Shown piece after piece: positions 16,333-26,460 of a stretch of 32,000 bases of DNA (positions within the stretch are counted from its first letter, which is position 1; every line of letters starts with the position of its first letter). Under the pieces are notes generated by a model, which saw only the letters and a list, made by a program, of their open reading frames with translations, did not search any database and was not told the origin of the DNA. Source of the DNA: Candidatus Iainarchaeum sp. (GTDB taxonomy: Archaea > Iainarchaeota > Iainarchaeia > Iainarchaeales > CSSED10-239). The translations under genes were made by a program, and so were the position numbers. The DNA lies in contig JBBISB010000001.1 of assembly GCA_037441475.1 (NCBI GenBank), positions 6,418-38,417 of the forward strand, given 5' to 3'.

Positions 16333-17928
16333 ATGACTAATTCTAATGAGAATTTTAATGGTTTAATAAAAGATAAAACCATTTTACAAGCAGTAACAAA
16401 CTTAGGTATTACAAAACCTACAGAAATACAAATAAAAACTATACCTCTTATCTTAGATGGTAAAAACATAATTGCAGAATCTGCAACAGGAACTGGAAAA
16501 ACAATTGCTTTTTTAGCAGGAATTTTACCTAGTGTTTCAAAACAAAAGGTAGTTCAAGCCTTAATCATTGTTCCAACAAGAGAACTTGCAAACCAAGTTT
16601 TTGAAGAAACTAGAAAAATATCCGCTGTTAAAGGACTTTCTTCATGTGCTGTTTATGGTGGAGAATCAGTTTCAGATCAAGCAAGACAATTAAGATTTGC
16701 AGATATTGTAATTGGAACACCAGGAAGAATACTTGATCAAATGGCAAGAAATAACTTAAAACTTAATGATGTTAGGTTCTTAATATTAGATGAAGCAGAT
16801 AGAATGTGCGATATGGGTTTTTCAGAGGATATATCAAAAATAATTGATAAAATGCCAAAGAAAAGACAAACATTAATGTTTTCTGCAACGATTACAAAAG
16901 ATGTTTCAGGTATTGAAAGAAAATATATACCCAATGCAGAAAGAGTTTCTGTAGAATCAAAAGTTGATCCTGCAAACCTTTTACAAGAGTATTATGTTGT
17001 TAAACCAAATCAAAAGTTTTCTTTACTTTTACATTTAATAAAAGAAAATAAAAAGAAATCAATTGTTTTTTGTAACACAAGAAGTGAAGTTGATATTCTT
17101 TATAATAATTTTGTTAAAAATGGTGTTGAGTGTTTTAAATTACATGGTGGACTTGAACAAAGAAAAAGAACACACACTATAGGTAAATATCACTCACATA
17201 AAGATGCAGTCTTAATATCTAGTGATGTTTCAGCAAGAGGTATACATGTAGATAATCTTGAATATATCTATAACTATGATTTACCTAGAGATGATACACA
17301 GTATGTTCACAGAATTGGAAGAACTGCAAGAGCTGGTAAAAAAGGAAAAGCAATAATTATTTTAAATGAAAAAGAAGAGTTTACATTTATTAAATTGTGT
17401 AGACATTTTGGATTTAAGGCAAATCGTATGGATATGCCTGCTATAACTCAAGTTACTATTGATAGATCAAAAGGATCAAAGGAAACTGGAGGTTCTAGAG
17501 GTAATTCAAGAGGAGGTTCTAATAGACCTAAAGACTTTTTTAATAAGCAACTTGATTTTTTAAATAAATCTGGTGTATCTGGTGATAGAGATTCAAGAGG
17601 ACCACCAAGGGATAGAGACTCAAGAGGACCACCTAGAGATGACGCTCCTTTAGAATTTTCAAAAGGACCAAGAGATACAACTAGAAATTCTGAATTTCCT
17701 AGAGGTAATTTTTCCAGACCTTCAAAACCTGCAAGAGAAGTTGAAAAGAAATTTGGTGAAATATATGCTAAGGGCTTTCCTAATACTATAAATTTTAAAG
17801 GACCACCTAGAGATAGAGATTCAAGAGGACCACCTAGAGATGCAAAACTATTATCTCCTGAAGCTGAAAAAAAACAAAGATTTTTTAAAAAAAGCAGAGA
17901 AGGGGCTTTAAAACATAAAAAAAATTAA
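16333..17928 (+). CDS. DEAD-box RNA helicase with a repetitive R/D/G/P-rich C-terminal tail
   Basis: TEIQ, ATGTGKT, PTRELA, DEAD, SAT, ARGIH, HRIGRTARAG; tail with RDSRGPPRD repeats. Confidence 0.9.
   Translation: MTNSNENFNGLIKDKTILQAVTNLGITKPTEIQIKTIPLILDGKNIIAESATGTGKTIAFLAGILPSVSKQKVVQALIIVPTRELANQVFEETRKISAVKGLSSCAVYGGESVSDQARQLRFADIVIGTPGRILDQMARNNLKLNDVRFLILDEADRMCDMGFSEDISKIIDKMPKKRQTLMFSATITKDVSGIERKYIPNAERVSVESKVDPANLLQEYYVVKPNQKFSLLLHLIKENKKKSIVFCNTRSEVDILYNNFVKNGVECFKLHGGLEQRKRTHTIGKYHSHKDAVLISSDVSARGIHVDNLEYIYNYDLPRDDTQYVHRIGRTARAGKKGKAIIILNEKEEFTFIKLCRHFGFKANRMDMPAITQVTIDRSKGSKETGGSRGNSRGGSNRPKDFFNKQLDFLNKSGVSGDRDSRGPPRDRDSRGPPRDDAPLEFSKGPRDTTRNSEFPRGNFSRPSKPAREVEKKFGEIYAKGFPNTINFKGPPRDRDSRGPPRDAKLLSPEAEKKQRFFKKSREGALKHKKN
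17587..17640 (+). repeat. Two tandem 27-nt coding repeats (RDSRGPPRD)
   Basis: 17587-17613 and 17614-17640 differ at a few synonymous or near-synonymous positions. Confidence 0.85.
17800..17841 (+). repeat. Third RDSRGPPRD copy preceded by a partial GPPRD copy
   Basis: GGACCACCTAGAGAT then AGAGATTCAAGAGGACCACCTAGAGAT. Confidence 0.85.
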
Positions 17929-17996
17929 AAGAAAAAAAGTATGTTAAAAAAAGATAGTTTGGATAATTAACCTATCTTTAATCAATAAGATCAAAA

Positions 17997-18881
17997 ATGA
18001 ATTTTTTAAATCTTTCAAAAGAACACTCTAGTAAAGAAAAATCAAAAATAGGAATTATTCCTATTCTTTACCAAGGTAAGGTTACTGTTGGAAGTGGTGC
18101 TTTTAAAGGACCTAAAGAAATTATAAAAGCTTCATATGAATTAGAATATTTTGATTGTGAAAATAATATTGAACCATATATTTTTGGAATACATACCTTA
18201 AAAGAAATTAATTTTTTAAAAAATAAAGAAAAAGATTTTTTTAAAATATCGCAAGATATCTTGGACAAAATATCTGTTGATATTTCTTATTTTGAATTTC
18301 CTATAATTTTAGGTTCAGACCATTCTACAACTTTCCCTGTAGTTTCTGCTTTTGAAAAAAAAGAAAATGATTTTGGGGTAATTGTTTTAGATGCTCATTC
18401 TGATTTAAGGGAACCTTGGGGAGAAGAAACATGGCATCATGCTTGTGTTTCAAGATATATTTCTAAAAATCATAAGATATTAATAGCTGGTGTAAGATCA
18501 CAGGACTTTTATGAAAAAGAGTTTTTAAAAACAAATGAAGGAAAAGATGTTTCTGTAATTTATGCAAAAGAGATGCATAAATCTTTTTTAGGTTTTAAAG
18601 AACAGTTAAAAAGACTTCCTAAAAAAATATTTTTATCCATAGATGTTGACTTTTTTGATCCTTCAGTTATAAGGAACACAAACACTCCTGAGCCTGGTGG
18701 TTTTACTTGGAACCAGACTTTAGAAATTCTAGAAATAATTTTTAAAGAAAAAACTGTTATTGGTACAGATATTGTTGAATTTTCACCAACAGGTGAAGAA
18801 TGGAATTATAAGAATGAAAGTTATTTTTTAGCAAAATTAGTGTACAAATTATGTGCTTTTAAGTTTAATAAACATAAATAA
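17997..18881 (+). CDS. speB: Agmatinase/arginase-family ureohydrolase
   Basis: GSDHS, DAHSDL, SIDVDFFDP, EPGG metal-binding motifs. Confidence 0.8.
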   Translation: MNFLNLSKEHSSKEKSKIGIIPILYQGKVTVGSGAFKGPKEIIKASYELEYFDCENNIEPYIFGIHTLKEINFLKNKEKDFFKISQDILDKISVDISYFEFPIILGSDHSTTFPVVSAFEKKENDFGVIVLDAHSDLREPWGEETWHHACVSRYISKNHKILIAGVRSQDFYEKEFLKTNEGKDVSVIYAKEMHKSFLGFKEQLKRLPKKIFLSIDVDFFDPSVIRNTNTPEPGGFTWNQTLEILEIIFKEKTVIGTDIVEFSPTGEEWNYKNESYFLAKLVYKLCAFKFNKHK

Positions 18882-18931
18882 AAAGCTTTTTATACTTGTT
18901 CATAAATATAATATATAAAATCTGATTAATT

Positions 18932-20323
18932 ATGACAACATTACTATGGATTATTATTATTTTTGCATCATTATTTCTTTTAGCTCAAGCTTCTAGAAAA
19001 ATATTTAAAACAGATATTTTCTTAGGTCTTTTTATAATGACAAAGACAAAAAGATTTATACCTTTTTTAGATAAGCTTGCAAGACCTAAAAAATTATTAA
19101 ATAGCTTAGCAGACATAGGTATAGTTTTAGGTTTTGGTTCATTCGGTCTTGATTATGTTTTAAAAGAAAGAATAAATAAAACATATAAAAGAGTATTATT
19201 ATTTATAATTGCATCAATAGTTTTCACTTATGTTTCTTATTTAGGTTTAAGTGTAATGTTTAACAATAATCCAATGATATCTTATAACTTTTTAATATTT
19301 ATGTCAATATTAACAGGTCTTATGGGTCTTTCTGGTTTTACACTATCCTCATTAGTCTTTTCAGCATACGATATTATTATTAAATTATTTCAAGGAACAG
19401 CATCTTCTGCATGTCCTGGTGTTGGTTTAGTAATACCTGGTGTTAAAATGCCAAAGATAGATCTATTAATTCCATGGTATGGATGGATTATATTAATCTT
19501 TTCAGCAATTGTTCATGAGTTTGCACATGGTACAATGCTTAGAACCTTTAAAGCAAAAGTAAAGTCAATGGGTTTTATTTTAGCTGGTGTTTTACCGTTT
19601 GGTGCATTTGTTGAACCTGATGATAAAGAGCTTTCTAAAAAGAAAAATAGATCTATTTTAAGAATGCTTGCAGCAGGGCCTACTAGTAATGCAATAATAG
19701 CAATTATCTTTATAGTTATATACTTTTTAATGGCACCTGGTTTTTCAGATTTATCAAAGTCAATAGCAATGGATAGAGAAACACATCTTTTTGTAAACTC
19801 AGTTGATGAAAATTTATCTGTTTGTGGAACTGTCTTTGAAAGTCCTGCATATGGTGTTTTAGAAAAGAATGATTTAATTGTTTCAATTAATGATAAGCCC
19901 ATTAATAATAGGTATGACTTAATGGAAGCTACAAAACTTGATTACAATAACTCTTTTGTAGTTATGAACATGGATACTAATGTAGAAAGAGAAGTTTTCT
20001 TAACTGCAAATGAAATTGGTAGAATGGGTTTTACTTATAATTTAGGTTATGATCCTGATTATCAAGTTCCTAAAAAATATTATTGGTATAAAACATTATT
20101 ATCTGTTATTCTTTGGACAGCTATTTTAAATTTTTTAATAGCAACTGTAAATTTCCTTCCAACCTTCCCTTTTGATGGTGGAATGATGTCTAGAATAATC
20201 TTTGAAGGGTATTTACCTAAGAAAAAATCTGATGAAAAGAAGAGAATGAAAAGGATTTCAAGATTCTTTGGAACTTTAATAGTCATTTTACTACTATTAA
20301 ACATTATTCCTTATTTTTTATAG
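18932..20323 (+). CDS. Site-2 protease family (M50) membrane metalloprotease with a PDZ-like insert
   Basis: HEFAHG, NFLPTFPFDGG, multiple TM segments. Confidence 0.8.
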   Translation: MTTLLWIIIIFASLFLLAQASRKIFKTDIFLGLFIMTKTKRFIPFLDKLARPKKLLNSLADIGIVLGFGSFGLDYVLKERINKTYKRVLLFIIASIVFTYVSYLGLSVMFNNNPMISYNFLIFMSILTGLMGLSGFTLSSLVFSAYDIIIKLFQGTASSACPGVGLVIPGVKMPKIDLLIPWYGWIILIFSAIVHEFAHGTMLRTFKAKVKSMGFILAGVLPFGAFVEPDDKELSKKKNRSILRMLAAGPTSNAIIAIIFIVIYFLMAPGFSDLSKSIAMDRETHLFVNSVDENLSVCGTVFESPAYGVLEKNDLIVSINDKPINNRYDLMEATKLDYNNSFVVMNMDTNVEREVFLTANEIGRMGFTYNLGYDPDYQVPKKYYWYKTLLSVILWTAILNFLIATVNFLPTFPFDGGMMSRIIFEGYLPKKKSDEKKRMKRISRFFGTLIVILLLLNIIPYFL

Positions 20324-20916
20324 CTTAAATTTCTATAGATTTTTCTTAAGCTATCCATAACATTTTCAGAATTAGAAAGTTCTTTTGTTATTTCTTTTAA
20401 AGCTTCATTTTTAAAAAGATTTCTTTTATGTGAATCTTTTTTAAACTGAACTTTTGAAAGATTTTCAATATAATTTACAAAGTCAATATATATTGTTAAG
20501 GCATCTGGATTATTTGATGTACTCATTATTGAGTTTATGGATTTAATCATTGATTCTTGAATTTCAAGTTTTACAATGCTTTCTCTGTTTTCTTTCTTTT
20601 TTGCTATTATTTTTTTTAATTCTTTTCTAATAAGTTCGTTTAATTCTTTTTTAGATGTTTTTTCGGGTAGTATAAACTTAAAGCCTTTTAGCTCTCTACT
20701 TATGTCAATATTTTCAATATTTTTAATTTCTTTTACTTTAAGTCTTGCTTCTTTTCTTAAAGTCTCTCTTTCTTTGTATAATTTTTCTTTTTCATAACTT
20801 ATCTTTGAAATAGCTGATCTATCATTTTCAGAAATATATTTAATTTCTTTTTTTTGAGTTGAAGGAGTTTGTTTTAATCTTTTAATAGTTTCAGATGCAT
20901 AGTTTTTGACTGGCAT
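20311..20916 (-). CDS. Hypothetical K/E-rich, probably coiled-coil protein
   Basis: Long ORF immediately downstream of the HIT gene on the same strand (3-nt gap); no recognised motif. Confidence 0.5.
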   Translation of the reverse strand: MPVKNYASETIKRLKQTPSTQKKEIKYISENDRSAISKISYEKEKLYKERETLRKEARLKVKEIKNIENIDISRELKGFKFILPEKTSKKELNELIRKELKKIIAKKKENRESIVKLEIQESMIKSINSIMSTSNNPDALTIYIDFVNYIENLSKVQFKKDSHKRNLFKNEALKEITKELSNSENVMDSLRKIYRNLSYKK

Positions 20917-20919
20917 ATT

Positions 20920-21324
20920 TCACTCAATTTTATATATTTCTTTTAATTTTAATAGATCTTCTTTAATATACCCTGTTTTAGGGAATGTTTTATAATTATC
21001 ATTATCTGTTCTAGGTAAGATATGGAAGTGAAGATGAAATACAGATTGTTCTGCAGACTTACCTGTTGCATTTAATATATTAACACCACTGGCAAGTCCT
21101 TTATTTACATAATGATTAGCTATTTTTTTTACACTCTTTAATACTTCTGATAAATAAAAATCATCTACATCTAATACATTTACATAATGTTTTTTAGGTA
21201 TAACGAGAGTGTGTCCTTTAACAACAGGATTAATATCTAAGAAGGCAAGAGTATATTCGTTTTCATATATTTTTATGCAAGGAATTTCTCCTTTTATGAT
21301 TTTACAAAAAATACATTCTTCCAT
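20920..21324 (-). CDS. HIT-family nucleotide hydrolase/transferase
   Basis: CIFCKI, canonical histidine triad HLHFHILPR. Confidence 0.85.
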   Translation of the reverse strand: MEECIFCKIIKGEIPCIKIYENEYTLAFLDINPVVKGHTLVIPKKHYVNVLDVDDFYLSEVLKSVKKIANHYVNKGLASGVNILNATGKSAEQSVFHLHFHILPRTDNDNYKTFPKTGYIKEDLLKLKEIYKIE

Positions 21325-21429
21325 TTTCTATCTTTTTTAAAATTAGTTTTTATAATCTTTTTTAAGTTTTGCGAGAATTTTTTTTAAAACCATTGAAACA
21401 ATGTCTGTAAACTTGGCGAGAAGTTTATG

Positions 21430-21501
21430 TGCACTCGCCGGGATTCGAACCCGGGTCCTAAGCTTGGAAGGCTCACATACTAACCACTATACTACGAGTG
21501 C
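21430..21501 (-). tRNA. tRNA-Gly (UCC)
   Basis: The reverse complement gives GCACTCG acceptor, anticodon loop CTTCCAA, T arm CCGGGTTCGAATCCCGG, 3' CGAGTGC-A. Confidence 0.85.
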
Positions 21502-21596
21502 TTTTTTTAATACTTTAAATGATAAAAAAAACTTTATCATTATAAATATTATATATAGATAAAGGTTTATATACTTTATCTATTTAATAATATATT

Positions 21597-22640
21597 ATGG
21601 GAGTTGCAATTGGAAAGTTAATAGAAGAATCAAAAATTAAGTTTGAAATAAACAATACTTATGCAAACAAACGATTTGGGTTTGATGCATATAATATTTT
21701 ATATCAGTTTCTAACAACCATAAGAGGAGTTGATGGTGAACCATTAAAAAACAAAGATGGAAAAATAACAAGCCACTTAAATGGTTTATTCTACAGAGTT
21801 TTAAATCTTCTTTCAAACAATATAGATATCTATTTTGTGTATGATGGAAAAAGCATAGACCTAAAACAAAAAACACAAGAAGAAAGAAGAAATAAAAAAG
21901 AAATTGCAAAAGAACAGTTTAAAGATGCAGTAGAGAGAGGAAATCTAGAAGATATGAATAAATTTTCAAAAAGAATAACCTCTATTAATGAAAAAATAAT
22001 TGAAGAATCAAAAGAACTTTTAGGATATATGGGTGTTTCAATAATAAATGCACCATCAGAAGCTGAAGCCCAGATATCATATATGACTAGAGAGGGTTTA
22101 CTTGATTTCACTGTTTCTCAAGATTTTGATTGTTTGCTATTTAACTCTCCTAACTTAGTTAGAAATTTAACAGTTTCTCAAAAGAAAAAAATTCCTTCAA
22201 AGAACATATATGTTGATGTTTTTCCTGAAATAATATATCTTAAGGACATTGAATCAAAATTAAATATAACAAGAGAAAAATTAATCTGGCTTTCAATGCT
22301 TATTGGTACTGACTTTAATGATAAGGTTGAAGGAATTGGTCCTAAGACCGCCTTAAAGCTTGTTATAGAAAATAATAGTTTTGAAAATATTGAAAAGATT
22401 TTAAAAGAAAAAAATAAAGAAGTTAATTTTGATTATAAAGAGATTGAAAATATTTTTAAAAATCCTATTGTTTCTAAAGAACCTGAAATTTTCAGATCTT
22501 CTTTTAATAGACAAAAGATAGAGGATATGCTTGTTAATAGGTTTGATTTTTCTAAAGAAAGAATAACAAATACTTTAGATAAATTTTCTAAAGAAAAAGA
22601 AGAAACAAATAAACAAAAGTCCTTAAGTAAGTGGTTTTAA
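21597..22640 (+). CDS. fen: Flap endonuclease 1 (FEN-1)
   Basis: MGV..GKLI N-terminus, XPG-N/I regions (VYDGK, SEAEAQ, SQDFD), H3TH GIGPKTALKL. Confidence 0.9.
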   Translation: MGVAIGKLIEESKIKFEINNTYANKRFGFDAYNILYQFLTTIRGVDGEPLKNKDGKITSHLNGLFYRVLNLLSNNIDIYFVYDGKSIDLKQKTQEERRNKKEIAKEQFKDAVERGNLEDMNKFSKRITSINEKIIEESKELLGYMGVSIINAPSEAEAQISYMTREGLLDFTVSQDFDCLLFNSPNLVRNLTVSQKKKIPSKNIYVDVFPEIIYLKDIESKLNITREKLIWLSMLIGTDFNDKVEGIGPKTALKLVIENNSFENIEKILKEKNKEVNFDYKEIENIFKNPIVSKEPEIFRSSFNRQKIEDMLVNRFDFSKERITNTLDKFSKEKEETNKQKSLSKWF

Positions 22641-23428
22641 TGCAATCAAATACAGAGGTTTCAAGGTATATTCTTTCAAATATGGGTCGTCCTTTAAACT
22701 CAAGAGAATATAAACTTATGTTTGATCTAATATATGTGATGTATAAGCATCATTCTAAACAAGATATTTTAGCCTCTTTTAAATTTAATTTAGATTTTTT
22801 AGCTAAAAATAAATTAACTAAAATTAATTTAGGAAAAGAGGATAAGTTTGTTGTAAAAAGGTCTATTCCAACAGAAAATATTCATCAAGAATCTGTTATT
22901 GAATATAATGTTTTAAAAGATAGAAGTATAATATCAACATTTGGTTTTTATTTTCAAGTTGATGGTAATAAAAAAGTTACTTTAAACATAAGTAATATTC
23001 AAGGATATGTAAATAAAACACAGTATAATACAAAAGATCATGTTTTAAACTATAGTAAAAATCATTTAGAAAAATTAAGTTCAAAGCTTGGGGAAAACTG
23101 GAGAGTTAAAGTAGTTTCTTTTTTAAAAAAATATGCTGATAAGAATAACTATGATGTTGTTATGCAACTTCCTATGAATATAATACGTTTAGAAAAAGGA
23201 GAATATATAAGACAGATAAGGCAATATATACAGGCAGCTTTAAAAGCTGGTCTTTCAGAAAATCAAATATCTGCTGCCAGAGTTAATGATGCTGTTATTA
23301 AGGAAAAGATTAATAGTAATCTAGAAATTAAGAAAAAAAGGACTATAGATAATAGTAAAGTAATTGAAAATAAAAAAATAGAAAAAAGTGTTTTTGGTTT
23401 TAAAAAAATAAATAGTAGAAAAAAATAA
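22640..23428 (+). CDS. Hypothetical protein
   Basis: ATG 22640 overlaps the fen stop as TAATG; the ORF track offers GTG 22631. K-rich C-terminal tail. Confidence 0.55.
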   Translation: MQSNTEVSRYILSNMGRPLNSREYKLMFDLIYVMYKHHSKQDILASFKFNLDFLAKNKLTKINLGKEDKFVVKRSIPTENIHQESVIEYNVLKDRSIISTFGFYFQVDGNKKVTLNISNIQGYVNKTQYNTKDHVLNYSKNHLEKLSSKLGENWRVKVVSFLKKYADKNNYDVVMQLPMNIIRLEKGEYIRQIRQYIQAALKAGLSENQISAARVNDAVIKEKINSNLEIKKKRTIDNSKVIENKKIEKSVFGFKKINSRKK

Positions 23429-23439
23429 AGTAGATAAAA

Positions 23440-23592
23440 CTACTTTACATTCTTTCCTTTCTTTTTAGCTCTAACTTTTATTGCACCGCATTTTTTACAG
23501 TATTCCATTTTCTTAGGGCTTCTCATTGTGTTGTTACATGACATACAAACCCACATGTTTTTTAATCTTCTTTCTTTTGCAACTGTTTCCAT
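23440..23592 (-). CDS. rpl40e: Ribosomal protein L40e
   Basis: Own translation METVAKERRLKNMWVCMSCNNTMRSPKKMEYCKKCGAIKVRAKKKGKNVK*: 50 aa, basic, CxxC..CxxC zinc ribbon. Below the ORF-track size cutoff. Confidence 0.75.
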   Translation of the reverse strand: METVAKERRLKNMWVCMSCNNTMRSPKKMEYCKKCGAIKVRAKKKGKNVK

Positions 23593-23799
23593 TTTATTTC
23601 ACCTTAATTTTTAAATGTTTTTAAATATTAATATATTATGTTATATATTTAACATACAAAAGGTATTTAAAATAAGAGTTTTTTATATAGAGCAAAAAAA
23701 CAAACAGTATATAAATAAATCGCTACTAATTTATATTATAACTACTTATAATAAAGTTCTTCTTTTAAAGTGGTTTTTTATTTAATTAGTGAAAATAAC

Positions 23800-23873
23800 G
23801 CTCTTGTGGTGTAGTCCGGTAATCATTCTGGCCTTTCAAGCCAGAGACTCGGGTTCGAATCCCGGCGAGAGCA
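23800..23873 (+). tRNA. tRNA-Glu (UUC)
   Basis: GCTCTTG acceptor / CGAGAGC-A, anticodon stem CTGGC/GCCAG with loop CTTTCAA, GGGTTCGAATCCC T arm. Confidence 0.85.
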
Positions 23874-23956
23874 TTTTGTTTTATATAAAAAAAACAAATT
23901 AATATTAATAAAAAAAGGAAAAAAAGATTAAGTTTAAAATTTAAAGGCGAAAATAC

Positions 23957-24088
23957 ATGGGAACTAGAAAAAAAGATTCAAGTAGATTTAAAAAAACCAA
24001 ATCCAGACAAAGATGGAAATGGAAGAAAAAGAAAATGAGAGAAACAACAAGAGAAAGAAGGTATTTAAGAAAGAGAGCTGCATCATAG
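23957..24088 (+). CDS. rpl41e: Very basic 43-aa protein, probable ribosomal protein L41e
   Basis: Own translation MGTRKKDSSRFKKTKSRQRWKWKKKKMRETTRERRYLRKRAAS*. The RWKW.KK core resembles archaeal L41e as I remember it. Confidence 0.5.
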   Translation: MGTRKKDSSRFKKTKSRQRWKWKKKKMRETTRERRYLRKRAAS

Positions 24089-24139
24089 GGATAAAATGAT
24101 GCTCTTTTCTTTTTTTTCTTATTTTTAACTATTTTTATT

Positions 24140-24595
24140 ATGAAAGATTGTATTTTTTGTAAAATAGCAAGTAAAGAAATAGAATCTTCAATTGTTTATG
24201 AAGATAAAGACTTTATAGCTATACTTGATATTCATCCTAACACAGAAGGTCAAACTTTAGTTTTAACAAAGAAACATTACTCTTCTTATGTTTTTGATTT
24301 ACCTGATAAAGTTTATACTAAACTATTATTAGTTTCAAAGAAGGTTTCAAAGATTTTAGAAAAAGGTTTAAAGGTTAAAAAAGTTTCAATGGTTTTTGAA
24401 GGTCAAGGAGTAAATCATATACATACTAAACTTTATCCAATGCATAAAATTAATAATAAAAGGTTTGGAGAATTATCTGGAAATGTTTTTTTTAAAAAAT
24501 ATCCTTGGTATATAACCACTCTTGTTGGACCTTTTCAAGATGTAAAAAAAAGAGAAAAGACAGTTAAAAAAATTAAAAATAACTTAAATCAATGA
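24140..24595 (+). CDS. HIT-like protein with an incomplete histidine triad
   Basis: CIFCKI, HPNTEGQTLVLTKKHY, but the triad reads NHIHTKLYP (third His replaced by Lys). Confidence 0.7.
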   Translation: MKDCIFCKIASKEIESSIVYEDKDFIAILDIHPNTEGQTLVLTKKHYSSYVFDLPDKVYTKLLLVSKKVSKILEKGLKVKKVSMVFEGQGVNHIHTKLYPMHKINNKRFGELSGNVFFKKYPWYITTLVGPFQDVKKREKTVKKIKNNLNQ

Positions 24596-24775
24596 ATCAA
24601 TAGTAAAGTATTTATATAAGTTATGCTATTTTTTGTAATTTCCTAAGGGCAAAACGATTCCTTTAAAAACTTACCTCTACTAGTATTATTTTACTGCGTT
24701 AAGTTATTTAGCAAAGTAAAACTCAATTGACCTAATTTATTAGGAAAATATGAGGTCTCAAGTTATTTTGAGTCT

Positions 24776-24786
24776 GATGTGGAAGA
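24776..24786 (+). other. 5' strand of the candidate 16S processing stem
   Basis: GATGTGGAAGA pairs with TCTTCCACACATC at 26448-26460, leaving a 2-nt bulge. Confidence 0.45.
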
Positions 24787-24855
24787 TAAGACGAAAACAT
24801 TTTTAGCAAAAACACTCTGTTTAGATTAAAAAGTGTGCAAATTTATTATAACCCA

Positions 24856-26350
24856 ATTCCAGCTGATCCTGCTGGTGGGTACTGCTATTGGAATCTGACT
24901 AAGACATGCAAGTCTGAAAGTCTCAGCTATGAGAGATTTTGGCGAACGGCTCAGTAACACGTAGTCAATCTACCCTTTTGAAGAGTTAAACTCGGGAAAC
25001 TGAGGATAATGCTCTATAGAAAAGTAAATCTGGAATGATTACTATTTGAAAGGTTAAAGGTTCATGCATCTTTAGCGCGAAAGGATGAGACTGCGCCAGA
25101 TTAGGTTGTTGGTAGGGTAACTGCCTACCAAGCCGAAGATCTGTACGGGCCTTGAGAGAGGGAGCCCGGAGAAGGGAACTGAGATAATGTCCCTAGCCCT
25201 ACGGGGTGCAGCAGTTACGAAACTTTTACAATGCGAGAAATCGTGATAAAGAGATTCCAAGTGCTTACTATGTAAGCTTTTATATAGTGTGAAAAACTAT
25301 GTGAATAAGGGGAGGGCAATATGCGTGCCAGCCGCCGCGGTAATACGTAATCCCCAAGTGGTATCCAGCATTATTTGGCTTAAAGCGTGTGTAGCTGGTT
25401 TGTTAAGTCTTTTGTGAAAGCAGCTAGCCTAACTAGTTGAATTGCAAAAGATACTAGCATGACTAGGAACCGGAAGACGTTAAGGGTATTTTTAGAGTAG
25501 GAGTAGAATCTTAAGATACTAAAAAGACCACCTGTGGCGAAGGCGCTTAACGAGTACGGATTCGACAGTAAGACACGAAAGCTGGGGGCGCAACCCGGAT
25601 TAGATACCCGGTTAGTCCCAGCCGTAAACGATGTGGATTAGGTGTTGGATTAACTACGAGTTAGTTCAGGGCCGAAGAGAAATCATTAAATCCACCGCCT
25701 GGGAAGTATGGTCGCAAGACTGAAACTTAATGGAATTGGCGGGGGTGCACTACAAGGGGTGGATGCTGCGGTTTAATTGGATGAAACGCCAGATATTTTA
25801 CCAGGGCTGACAGCAAGATGATGGTCACTCTAAAGGGGTTACCTGATGCGCTGAGAACTGCTGTATGGCCATCGTCAGCTCGTACTGTGAAGCTTCCTGT
25901 TAACTCAGGTAACGGGCGAGACCCATGTTATTAGTTGCTACTTCTTTTGCTTGCAAAAGAAGGCACTCTAATAAGACTGCATTGGTAACAATGAGGAAGG
26001 AGTGGGCGAAGGTAGGTCTGTATAGCGTGAATGTTCTGGGCAACACGCGGCATACAATGGCTAAGACAAAGAGTATCTAACCCGAAAGGGGGTGGCAATC
26101 TCAGAAACTTAGTCGAAGTCCGGATTGAGGGTTGCAACTCACCCTCATGAAGCTGGAATCCCCAGTAATCGCGTGTCACTATCACGCGGTGAATATGTCC
26201 CTGCGCCTTGCACACACCGCCCATCAAGCCAACCGAGTGGAGTGTGGATGAACTTTACTCTACTAAAGGTTAAAGTAATTCTATATTTCGCGAGGTAGAC
26301 TAAGTTGTAACAAGGTGTCCGTAGGGGAACCTGCGGACGGATCACCTCCT
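24856..26350 (+). rRNA. rrs: 16S ribosomal RNA (archaeal), about 1495 nt
   Basis: 5' ATTCCAGCTGATCCTGCTGG, GTGCCAGCCGCCGCGGTAA, GGATTAGATACCCGG, 3' GGATCACCTCCT. Confidence 0.97.
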
Positions 26351-26447
26351 ATTTTATAATTAATAACAATTATGTTATTATGACTAAAAGATTTTTTAAC
26401 AAAACTTTAAAATCTACTTTAAGAGTTATAAAAATGAATTTTTATTT

Positions 26448-26460
26448 TCTTCCACACATC
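26448..26460 (+). other. 3' strand of the candidate 16S processing stem
   Basis: Complement of 24776-24786 (see that feature). Confidence 0.45.

Noticed and set aside
22640-23428. Counting ORFs 22640-23428, 14555-15172 and 28836-29615 as firm members of the P1/P2/P3 family
   Set aside because: The similarity is limited to a short C-terminal motif and basic N-termini. That is too weak to assert by eye, so it is mentioned only as a possibility.
24856-26350. ORFs 25072-25260, 25931-26227 and 26145-26345 (minus strand) in the track
   Set aside because: They lie entirely inside the 16S rRNA gene. Their open frames arise because the higher GC content of the rRNA leaves few stop codons.
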